Below are positions 1 to 7,288 of a stretch of 64,000 nucleotides of DNA, piece by piece. Both the position numbers and the translations under genes were made by a program. The stretch's first letter is position 1. Every line of letters begins with the position of its first letter. Where the stretch lies: contig JBEKXF010000006.1 in NCBI GenBank assembly GCA_049512315.1, forward strand, positions 1-64,000, in the 5' to 3' direction. The notes under the pieces were generated by a model. It searched no databases, was not told the origin of the DNA, and saw only the letters and a program-made list of their open reading frames with translations. Source of the DNA: Candidatus Aminicenantales bacterium (lineage in GTDB: Bacteria; Acidobacteriota; Aminicenantia; Aminicenantales; Saccharicenantaceae).

Positions 1-53
1 GCCTCCCGGAGCAGGGTGATGATCTGCTCCGGATTAAACCGTTTCCTGGCCAT
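1..53 (-). CDS. IS3-family transposase OrfA, N-terminal fragment (partial at window edge)
   Basis: Manual translation MARKRFNPEQIITLLREA matches the typical IS3 OrfA HTH start; ATG at 53. Confidence 0.8.
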   Translation of the reverse strand, partial: MARKRFNPEQIITLLRE

Positions 54-119
54 GTCCACCTCCCTCGATCCAGCAGAATCTTAGCACACGGGCTGGATCC
101 CTTTGAGGGGGGCAGGTCA
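1..119 (-). mobile_element. Left end of an IS3-family (IS407-group-like) insertion sequence, continuing beyond the window start
   Basis: Minus strand from 119 reads TGACCTGCCCCCCTCAAAGGGATCCAG, an IS407-type terminal IR. It is followed by a GGAGG RBS and an ORF starting MARKRFNPEQIITLLREA. Confidence 0.8.
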
Positions 120-309
120 CTAATGACTCAAATGTTAGCTCTCTATGGATAATGAAAATGGTCCACCTTCCCTCTTTGTGCCAGAACCCTAGGGCAACGT
201 CGTGATGTCCCGAAAGAATATGATCTTTGGCTATGTCTTCGACTTGGACTGCGATTTTTCCCCATCCCAGGATTTCCGCACAATCCTTGCAAAAAGCAAC
301 CCAGACCAT
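120..309 (-). pseudogene. Small CxxC/His-containing hypothetical protein, 3' end interrupted by the IS3 element
   Basis: AGGAGG RBS precedes MVWVAFCKDC...HILSGHH. The reading frame runs into the IS end at 119 (the ORF-track call 34..309 reads through it). Confidence 0.45.
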
Positions 310-717
310 TTTTTATCCTCCTGCTCCCTTATAAACCCGCCGGTCAGCCTATGGCGCATTTTCAATAAATAGGACTTTTCTTGATTTGGCCATCGACCTT
401 CATTTCCCCTATCGAGCAATCCCTCCACCTAGCTATCAGGGCCTGTCCCAATCAGGGGGAAACGCGGATTTCAGCCCCCGTCAGCCTTACTGACCTCCTT
501 CCCACATAATAGGTCCCGGCATTAAGTGAATAAGGATATCAGGAACGGGTCCAGCGCCCCGGAGGGCTTCAGGGAGGCCTATGACGTCACGGACCGGCCG
601 TAGAAGGCCTATTCTTGCCGCTCAGATGCACCTGGGGGGCTTTCTGCGGCGAAACGTAGTGGGGTCCGTATGGCGCGGGCAGGGGTAGGACGATGTGTTA
701 TTGAAGGAGGCTGTGGG

Positions 718-765
718 GAGGTTCTGCGAGCGAGGGCCCCTTTGGGAAAACTGCGGGTGGACTAT
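718..765. repeat. Degenerate copy 0 of conserved cassette element B
   Basis: GAGGTTCT..GAGGGCCCCTTTGGGAAAACTG..GGTGGACTAT aligns with the copies at 2552, 3668 and 6514. Confidence 0.55.
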
Positions 766-806
766 CTGTTCACGAAACTCTGATCAGTGCAGCTAATCCG
801 GCGGGG

Positions 807-1751
807 CTATCGCGCTCTGGGTGTAATGCCGACACTGCTGAGAAAGATTCGCACCGCCTCAAAGGCCCTCAACTCCTGATCCGCGGAAAAGTCTCCATGA
901 CCTCCGCCCGGGACTGTGACCAACTTATTGCGCACCCCAGCTTTAGTTAGCGCTTCGTGTAGCCGGACGGCGTGGGAGTACGGCACGATGTGATCGGCGT
1001 CGCCGTGAATTGTGAGAATGGGAGGCAAGCCCGCACGGACATAGTTGAGAGGCGATAAACGCCGCGCCAGCTCTTCGCGATTCGCCAAGCTGCCCAACCA
1101 AGCGACGGCGTACGAGCGCGTGTTCGGCGCGCCTTGCAGCATGTCGGCCACATCGGTTATGCCGAACCAGTTGATGACGGCGGCAACTTTGGGCCGCGCA
1201 TCGGTCCACGGCCCGTTCCAGTTCTCATCGTCTTCGTAAGCGCACCGGTTCTCGAAACCGGCCGACGGGGGGATCATAGAGGTCGTCAGGGCCAGGTGTC
1301 CTCCGGCCGAGCCGCCCGTCACGACCAATTTGTTCAGGTCGAAGTTGTATTTCTTGGCATTCCGTCCGATCCAGTGCAACGCGCATAGGCAGTCCTCGAC
1401 CGCGGCCGGTGCGAGCGATGTCTTGCCCAGACGATATTCCACGTTCACCACAGCGAAGCCCATCGCGAGATAAGGCAATGCACTGAGAGCCGCTTCTTCT
1501 TTTGTACCGGCGACCCAGCCACCCCCGTGAATCAGCATGACGACGGGAACCGGAGACTTGGCCTGGCTTGGGCGATACACATCGAGCTTCGCTTCGTAAC
1601 CGTTGGCGACCAAGTAGGTGATGTTGGGAGCGACCTCATAGTCATGCTCGATGAGTACAGCTGCCTTTTCAGCCTCAGACAGCTGGGCCCACATGGTCGA
1701 AGTCAAGGTTAACAAGGCGACAATCACCACCATGCAACGTAGTGTGCGCAT
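807..1751 (-). CDS. Exported alpha/beta hydrolase (HSL-like / BD-FAE esterase)
   Basis: HGGGW oxyanion motif, GGSAGG nucleophile elbow, HGDAD and GGGHG motifs. Signal peptide present; GGAGGA RBS before ATG 1751. Confidence 0.88.
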   Translation of the reverse strand: MRTLRCMVVIVALLTLTSTMWAQLSEAEKAAVLIEHDYEVAPNITYLVANGYEAKLDVYRPSQAKSPVPVVMLIHGGGWVAGTKEEAALSALPYLAMGFAVVNVEYRLGKTSLAPAAVEDCLCALHWIGRNAKKYNFDLNKLVVTGGSAGGHLALTTSMIPPSAGFENRCAYEDDENWNGPWTDARPKVAAVINWFGITDVADMLQGAPNTRSYAVAWLGSLANREELARRLSPLNYVRAGLPPILTIHGDADHIVPYSHAVRLHEALTKAGVRNKLVTVPGGGHGDFSADQELRAFEAVRIFLSSVGITPRAR

Positions 1752-1950
1752 CAAATCCTCCGGTTTTAGGTATAGGAATTTCATTTTTTGTGCCGTGCGC
1801 CTCCGCCGGCCATAAGGCTTGGACTAACGGCCCCCCACACGAAAGGACGATATCGCCGGCCTCGCGGCGATGTCAATGACATAAAGAACACCGCATCACG
1901 CCCATGTGGCAAAATCGTTCAGTCGCCGGGATGCTTGACGCAGACTGGGA

Positions 1951-2412
1951 CTATTTCTGTGCTATCGTCGAGGCATGAGTCGCCACGCACTGCCAAAGGC
2001 CGGCCTTTTTAATCCAAGTGTCAGTCCACCTTTCTTGGCCACTGACATCCTTGCCCTTATCCGTTCCTTTGAGCGTGTTGCGGCCAGTCACCACCGCCGC
2101 ATCTCCATAGACCCGTGCCTTCATGTCGTCGGCCACCATGGACGATATCACCAGCTCGCCGGACTTCAGGGACGCCAGGTCCTGGGCCTTAGTCGTGACG
2201 GACCCATCGATGTCCGTTATTACCCAGTCATCCGCCAAAATCCGGTTAAGGAAAGCCCAATCGGCTTTGACAAGAGCATTCGTCCACTCTTGCTCAAGTT
2301 TCAGCAGTTCCTGCTCCGCACTCCCGCTTTTTGGCTGGCCCTGCGTCTGGGCGATGATGGCGACTGCCAAGATCAAGACAACCACGCAGACTGCAATAGC
2401 AATGCGTTTCAT
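1951..2412 (-). CDS. Exported NTF2/SnoaL-like (DUF4440) protein
   Basis: Signal peptide and motifs LEQEW..A....D...L..ILADD, RVYGDAAVVTG and TDTWIK..G.WQCVA.H; AGGAGG RBS. Confidence 0.85.
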   Translation of the reverse strand: MKRIAIAVCVVVLILAVAIIAQTQGQPKSGSAEQELLKLEQEWTNALVKADWAFLNRILADDWVITDIDGSVTTKAQDLASLKSGELVISSMVADDMKARVYGDAAVVTGRNTLKGTDKGKDVSGQERWTDTWIKKAGLWQCVATHASTIAQK

Positions 2413-2511
2413 AGAACCCCTCCTTTAAAGTGATTCAGAGACACGGGGACGGCAAAGATGGATTTTGCGTGAAGGCTGACCTTCGACTTCCCCTTATCCC
2501 TTGCTGATTGC

Positions 2512-2540
2512 CTTATAACACCACACAGATGCGAAGTCAA
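2512..2540 (-). promoter_or_regulatory. Sigma70-type promoter for the DUF4440 gene
   Basis: TTGACT-17 bp-TATAAG with a TG extension, abutting repeat B copy 1. Confidence 0.6.
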
Positions 2541-2551
2541 CCGGGGCTGAG

Positions 2552-2638
2552 GGCAGAGACGAGGTTCTTTTCGGGGGGGGCCTTTAGGAAAGAATATGGT
2601 GGATAGTTTTAGAGATTACAGTATACCCGTCAGCGCAC
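2552..2638. repeat. Conserved cassette element B, copy 1
   Basis: GGCAGAGACGAGGTTCTT..GGGCCTTTAGGAAAGAATATGGTGGATAGTTTTAGAGATTAC..CCGTCAGCGCAC; homologous to 3668 and 6514. Confidence 0.9.
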
Positions 2639-2693
2639 CTAAGCACGCAAGCCCCATCCCCCCTCGCCCCCGGCCCCCTCGAAGGCCCACGGA

Positions 2694-2791
2694 CCGCGTC
2701 ACCCCCGCGTCACCTGTACGTCACCAAGGGTGCCTAAAATTGCCTAATCCTGCCTACTCGTGCTCAAAGGGACGCGTCGATCTATATGGGG
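2694..2791. repeat. att-arm-like element A, copy 1 (3x CGTCACC, 11-bp period; 4x TGCCTA-like, 10-bp period)
   Basis: Near-identical to 6649-6747 and lies next to a tRNA 3' fragment. Confidence 0.88.
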
Positions 2792-2797
2792 AAAACA

Positions 2798-2821
2798 GAG
2801 CGCGCCTGAGAGGATTCGAAC
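2798..2821 (-). repeat. tRNA-Arg-like 3' end fragment (att core-like direct repeat)
   Basis: Minus strand GTTCGAATCCTCTCAGGCGCGCTC; 11 bp (2798-2808) are identical to 6962-6972 at the tRNA-Arg 3' end. Confidence 0.75.
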
Positions 2822-2854
2822 TTCCTGAACCAAATCTCTTTCGGAAACGGCCGG

Positions 2855-3574
2855 CTATTTGGCTTTTTCCCAGATGATGTTCTTAACAGGCACGATCTCG
2901 TATTTGCAGGGCCTGGTGGACTTATCGAATTCGTTGCGAAAATTCTTTCCTATGGCATCGCAAGCACCGGTCACCAGATCGACGAACTCTTTTATCAATA
3001 TATATGTTCCCTTTTTAGCAGAAGATTCGTCCGCACGCCCGGGAAGTCCCTCATAGACATATACTTTCCCTCCCCGGAACTGGAATTCCTCGATTTTATC
3101 GGTCACATCCACTCTGCGATATCCCCATTCCCTCTCGTCGAGCCTGATCATCTCCGCGTTGCTGATCAAGTATAAAATGGCATTAATCCTGCCTTTCTTT
3201 TTTGGATGGATATTCAGTTCCGCAGTCCCGTTGAAAGGAACGCGTTCATTGCCACGTAAAAAGAAGGCCTCGGTCCTTTTGATGTCCGCCGAATTCGCTC
3301 GAGGATCATTGAATGGACGAACGCATATCCACTCTCTCTCATAACCCGTCAGATGGATCTGATTGATCGGACCCTGGTATTTATGCCCGAGCGTCTGTTC
3401 CATGCTCGGCAAAGAGATCAGGGAGCCGTAAGCGATCATCCCCGCCGAACCTTCCGGAATTTCCATGGTGCTTTTTCTTTTCACTCCAAAACTGGATGTG
3501 GAAGATAAAAAAAGAATCAGAACGGAAAGTGATATGCCTAAAAGTGACACGGTTAAAGAATCACTTTTCTTCAT
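2855..3574 (-). CDS. Exported hypothetical protein, gamma-glutamylcyclotransferase/ChaC-like fold
   Basis: Hydrophobic N-terminus; IAYGSL and LDEREWGYRRV motifs resemble GGCT-like proteins. Start is uncertain (3574 or 3613). Confidence 0.6.
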   Translation of the reverse strand: MKKSDSLTVSLLGISLSVLILFLSSTSSFGVKRKSTMEIPEGSAGMIAYGSLISLPSMEQTLGHKYQGPINQIHLTGYEREWICVRPFNDPRANSADIKRTEAFFLRGNERVPFNGTAELNIHPKKKGRINAILYLISNAEMIRLDEREWGYRRVDVTDKIEEFQFRGGKVYVYEGLPGRADESSAKKGTYILIKEFVDLVTGACDAIGKNFRNEFDKSTRPCKYEIVPVKNIIWEKAK

Positions 3575-3667
3575 GGAATCGCCCGCTTCGGGCTCGAAAC
3601 CGATGCCTCCCATCACGGAATGATGATATCCCCGGCCGCGGGCCCTAGTCAACATGACTCTCAGCGA

Positions 3668-3782
3668 CAGAGGCGAGGTTCTTCTCAGAGGAGCCCTTTA
3701 GGAAAAACTATTGTGGATATTTCTGGAGATCACGATTGACCCGTTAGCGCACGAACGAGGCATTGGTCCCATACCCCCCCGG
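3668..3782. repeat. Conserved cassette element B, copy 2
   Basis: CAGAGGCGAGGTTCTTCTCAGAGGAGCCCTTTAGGAAAAACTATTGTGGATATTTCTGGAGATCACGATTGACCCGTTAGCGCACGAAC..CCATACCCCCCCGG; aligns closely with 6514-6629. Confidence 0.9.
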
Positions 3783-3794
3783 TGGGCTGTGGAA

Positions 3795-3837
3795 CGTGGC
3801 CGGAGGGATTTGAACCTCCGACCTTTGGATTTGGAGG
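3795..3837 (-). pseudogene. Degenerate tRNA 3' half (identity uncertain; Arg/Trp-like)
   Basis: Minus strand CCTCCAAATCCAAAGGTCGGAGGTTCAAATCCCTCCGGCCACG has a T-loop GGTTCAAATCC and a 3' acceptor strand; no 5' half. Confidence 0.65.
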
Positions 3838-3927
3838 ATAGTCCATATACCCTGGCCCTTTTCGGTGAGTCGATTTAGCCATCACAGCAAACAGGGTCAG
3901 AGTTACATATCTTCATCCTGGCAATCT

Positions 3928-6441
3928 TCACTCCAAGCCCATCTTTTTTATAATTTCGCGAAACCGGGGCATCGTGCGCAGGCTGTCGACCTTGGGCTCC
4001 ACCTTGATAAAAACGAGGGCCCGAGACCGCTCCTCATAGGCTTTTTCAAGCCAATCGAGGGCGAGGTCCTGCTTCCCCAAGCTGGCATAGACTTCGGCTA
4101 TATCGTAGGCCGAGACATATTTCCTTTTCGACAGGTCGATCAATTGATTCAGCAGATTCTGCGCTTCAACGATTTGGCCGGACACCGCATAGGCATCGGC
4201 CAGCCCTGCCACCGTATAGGCACTTCCTTTGGATAGATTCATGGCCTTTTGAAATTCGAGGATCGCATCCGGAAAGCTTCCTTTGAACTGGTAGGCCTGG
4301 CCAAGCCAATAATGGGCCGGAACAAAATTCGGGTCGATCTCCAGCGCTTTTTTGATCTGTTCAATCGCTTGATCATACCTGTGGGCGAAGTAATCCATCC
4401 AACCGATCGTGGTGTTGATAATCATCGAGAGCGGGTCCAAATGGCTGGCCTCTTTCTTTTCTGCTATGGCTTCATCCAGCCGGCCCATGGCCGCGAGATA
4501 TTCTGCATACCAATGGGGAGTTGTCGGGTAAGAGGCATTGAGTTGCAGGGAGAGCCGAAATTCCCTTTCGGCGCCAGGCCAGTCCCAATCATAATACAAT
4601 TTTGTATAGGCCAATGACGTGTGTGCTTCCGCGAGTAATTGATCAATCTCCAGAGCTTTTAGGGCTGCTGCCTTGGCCTTGGGAAATGCCTCTTTGGGAG
4701 GTTGGACACCGTAGAATCCAAAGGCATTGTAACAATCAGCCAGTCCCGCATAGGCGGCCGCATAAGAGGGATCTTTTTCGATCGCCTGCTGGAAGCTCTC
4801 AATGCTTTTCTTCACTTCCTCTTCCGTCCGTTTGTTCCAGTAGAAACGTCCCTTGAGATAGAAATCATAGGCTTCAGGATTTTCTGTATAGCGCTTGATA
4901 ATCTGGACCTCTTTTTCCCCCAGTAGCTTGATCTTCAGAGCTTTGACAATTTCTTGGGCAATTTCATCCTGGATGGTAAATAGATCGGTCAGTTTCCTGT
5001 TATAAATAGCTGACCAGATCTGGCTGCCGTTCTTGACGTCGCTGAGTCGCGGGCTTATGCGGAGATTGTCGCCAATCACAAGGACGCTGCCTTCGAGCAC
5101 AGTTTCGACATTCAATTTCTGGCCAATGTCGCTGAGATTGTATTCTTTGCCCTTAAACGAAAACGCGGAGGCCCTGGCTGGAACCCAAAGACCTTCGATA
5201 TTATTGAGGGCGTTGATCAGCGTCTCCGGGATTCCTTCGCATAAATATTCATGCCCTTTCTCTGGGCTTAAATCCATAAATGGCAAGACGGCAATCGAGT
5301 GCAAGCCGGGAGGTCTGAAGAGGGCCCCGCGACGGGGAAGAAGTTGCCAAACAATGACCCCGGCAATGACGACAAGGAGAAAAATCAAAGCCGGCGCGAT
5401 GAGCTTCTTGAACCTGAATGTGACCGTGATCTCCTTAGAGGTGAGAGGCCGTCTCTTAGCCAGGACCCTCTCTGATGTGGGCATCCCTTTTTCGATTTTT
5501 ATCAATTCTGTCAGCACATCCTCGGCCCCGGGAAATCTTTTCTCCTTATCTTTTTCCAGACATTTCATGATCACTCGGCTTAAGTCCGGGGGCATCTGGG
5601 CATTGAATTCCATGGGGTCCCGGGGCTTTTCAGCCTTGTGTTTCATGGCGATGCTGAGCGGGGTGTCTCCTTCAAAAGGGATGCGTCCGGTCACCATCTC
5701 ATAAAGAATCACTCCCAACGAGTAAATGTCCGACCGCTTATCGACATCCTTCGCTTCCGCCTGCTCGGGCGACATGTATTCGGGCGTTCCAATCAGCACC
5801 CCGGCGCCCGTGATGCCTCTCCCCGAGAGTGAACGGGCGATTCCGAAGTCCATGATCTTGGCATCTCCGTCCTTGTCAATCATGATATTGCCGGGCTTCA
5901 GATCTCTATGAATAACCCCCAGCCTGTGTGCTTCCTCCAATCCCTCACACACTTGCTTGGCAATGGATATTGCAGTTCCTGTGCTGAGCTGTTTTGACCT
6001 ATGGATGAAGCTCCTCAGATCCTCTCCCGGCACGAACTCCATGGTGATGAAAGTCGAGCCCTCGGCCTTGCCCAGGTCGAACATCCGGCAGACATTCCTG
6101 TGGCTAATCCTGCGGGCGAGTTTCAATTCATTCGAGAACCGCTCGACCGTTTCCTTATCCAGGGTGATCTCGGGCCGAAGGAGCTTGAGGGCGACGTTCT
6201 CCTTGATGTCTATGTCGTGGACCTTGTAAACCTTGCCCATGCCACCGTGGCCCAGCTCTTCAATCACCTGGTAGCGGCCGGCGAAGGTGTAGCCCGTAGT
6301 TAGCTCGCGGACCGGTGTTTGGATGGTATCCGTTACGACAGGAGGATGGTTTTGGGGCGGAGGGAGCTGCGTGCCACACCCCCCGCAGAATCGTTGGGTC
6401 TCGGGATTGTCGGAATGGCAGGTCGGACATTTGTTGGCCAA
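3928..6441 (-). CDS. Hanks-type Ser/Thr protein kinase with N-terminal zinc ribbon, TM helix, TolB-N-like domain and TPR repeats
   Basis: CPTC..CGGC; LGHGGMGKVY, HRDLKPGN, DFG and GTPEYMSPE; TM segment; SIAVLPF.D motif; TPR C-terminus. TTG start with AAGGGG RBS. Confidence 0.93.
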   Translation of the reverse strand: MANKCPTCHSDNPETQRFCGGCGTQLPPPQNHPPVVTDTIQTPVRELTTGYTFAGRYQVIEELGHGGMGKVYKVHDIDIKENVALKLLRPEITLDKETVERFSNELKLARRISHRNVCRMFDLGKAEGSTFITMEFVPGEDLRSFIHRSKQLSTGTAISIAKQVCEGLEEAHRLGVIHRDLKPGNIMIDKDGDAKIMDFGIARSLSGRGITGAGVLIGTPEYMSPEQAEAKDVDKRSDIYSLGVILYEMVTGRIPFEGDTPLSIAMKHKAEKPRDPMEFNAQMPPDLSRVIMKCLEKDKEKRFPGAEDVLTELIKIEKGMPTSERVLAKRRPLTSKEITVTFRFKKLIAPALIFLLVVIAGVIVWQLLPRRGALFRPPGLHSIAVLPFMDLSPEKGHEYLCEGIPETLINALNNIEGLWVPARASAFSFKGKEYNLSDIGQKLNVETVLEGSVLVIGDNLRISPRLSDVKNGSQIWSAIYNRKLTDLFTIQDEIAQEIVKALKIKLLGEKEVQIIKRYTENPEAYDFYLKGRFYWNKRTEEEVKKSIESFQQAIEKDPSYAAAYAGLADCYNAFGFYGVQPPKEAFPKAKAAALKALEIDQLLAEAHTSLAYTKLYYDWDWPGAEREFRLSLQLNASYPTTPHWYAEYLAAMGRLDEAIAEKKEASHLDPLSMIINTTIGWMDYFAHRYDQAIEQIKKALEIDPNFVPAHYWLGQAYQFKGSFPDAILEFQKAMNLSKGSAYTVAGLADAYAVSGQIVEAQNLLNQLIDLSKRKYVSAYDIAEVYASLGKQDLALDWLEKAYEERSRALVFIKVEPKVDSLRTMPRFREIIKKMGLE

Positions 6442-6513
6442 GCGAGTTCCCCTTCTCTAGCTTGGTCTCAGATTAACAGAGGGATGTGCGGGAAGTCAAA
6501 CGTGGATTCGGGG

Positions 6514-6629
6514 GGCAGAGACGAGGTTCTTCTCTGAGGGCCCTTTAGTGAAAACTATGGTGGATATTTTTAGAGATCACAATTGATCCGTAAGCGCACG
6601 ATCGGGGTATTGGTTCCATACCCCCCCGG
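6514..6629. repeat. Conserved cassette element B, copy 3
   Basis: Aligns with 2552-2638 and 3668-3782; ends in a GGGGTAT..ATACCCC palindrome. Confidence 0.9.
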
Positions 6630-6648
6630 CGGCCCTAGCGCCTTCAGG

Positions 6649-6747
6649 CCGCGTCACCCCCGCGTCACCTGTGCGTCACCAAATGTGCCTAAAATTGCCT
6701 AATCCTGCCTACTCGTGCCTAAAGGGAATTGCCGGTTTATATGGGGA
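6649..6747. repeat. att-arm-like element A, copy 2
   Basis: GCGTCACC x3 (11-bp period) and TGCCTA x4 (10-bp period); near-identical to 2694-2791. Confidence 0.88.
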
Positions 6748-6751
6748 CAGG

Positions 6752-6807
6752 TGGCGGGGCCGACGAGACTCGAACTCGCGACCTCCGGCGTGACAGGCCG
6801 GCGTTCT
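6752..6807 (-). pseudogene. 5'-truncated tRNA-Asp(GTC)
   Basis: Minus strand AGAACGCCGGCCTGTCACGCCGGAGGTCGCGAGTTCGAGTCTCGTCGGCCCCGCCA has the anticodon arm, T arm and CCA, but lacks the 5' acceptor strand and D-arm start. Confidence 0.85.
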
Positions 6808-6835
6808 TCCTAGCCCTTCAACCCGGAAAGCCCAC

Positions 6836-6915
6836 AGTACCAAATGTGTGCTCAAATGTGTGCTCAACGGATGCCTAAAACGGTGTAAAGCTGTACAAAA
6901 TTGAGACAAATTTAG
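6836..6915. repeat. Arm-like tandem repeats downstream of tRNA-Arg
   Basis: CAAATGTGTGCT x2 (12-bp period) followed by roughly 10-bp periodic A-tract units; same position relative to a tRNA 3' end as element A. Confidence 0.6.
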
Positions 6916-6964
6916 GGTGCCGGGGATGATGACTAAATAGCAGATTTCTCGGGGAATATGGGAG

Positions 6965-7037
6965 CGCGCCTGGGGTGAATCGAACACCCGACCCGCTGCT
7001 TAGAAGGCAGCTGCTCTATCCCCTGAGCTACAGGCGC
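6965..7037 (-). tRNA. tRNA-Arg(TCT)
   Basis: GCGCCTG acceptor stem, TAGCTCAG D-arm start, anticodon arm GCTGC-CTTCTAA-GCAGC, T arm GGGTG-TTCGATT-CACCC. Confidence 0.95.
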
Positions 7038-7062
7038 GTCATGGATGATCAAGGCCGGGGCC

Positions 7063-7103
7063 GCGAAAGAGCGCCCGGCCGTTCCGGCCGGGCGCTCTTT
7101 CGC
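7063..7103. repeat. Perfect 19-bp-stem hairpin between tRNA-Pro and tRNA-Arg
   Basis: GCGAAAGAGCGCCCGGCCG-TTC-CGGCCGGGCGCTCTTTCGC. Confidence 0.8.
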
Positions 7104-7133
7104 AGGGCCGGTCGCTTTGCCGCGGGAAGCCAA

Positions 7134-7208
7134 TCGGGGAGAGCGGATTTGAACCGCCGACCTCCTGCTCCCAAGGCAGGCGCGCTAGCCAGGCTGCGCC
7201 ACTCCCCG
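7134..7208 (-). tRNA. tRNA-Pro(TGG)
   Basis: CGGGGAG acceptor stem, anticodon arm CCTGC-CTTGGGA-GCAGG, T loop GGTTCAAATCC. Confidence 0.95.
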
Positions 7209-7288
7209 TCCGTTCCGCACCCCTCGTCAGAAGCCCGTTCATCTTAGCAAATCGGACGGCCAGCTGTCAATTTGACCGGGGAGACGCG

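Noticed and set aside
718..6629. CRISPR array or classical attC integron
   Set aside because: The repeats are long, few and separated by whole genes. No cas or intI gene is present, and no RYYYAAC/GTTRRRY attC hairpin pattern was seen.
6752..6830. Full-length tRNA-Asp
   Set aside because: The 5' acceptor strand and D-arm start are missing; only the 3' 56 nt are tRNA-like.
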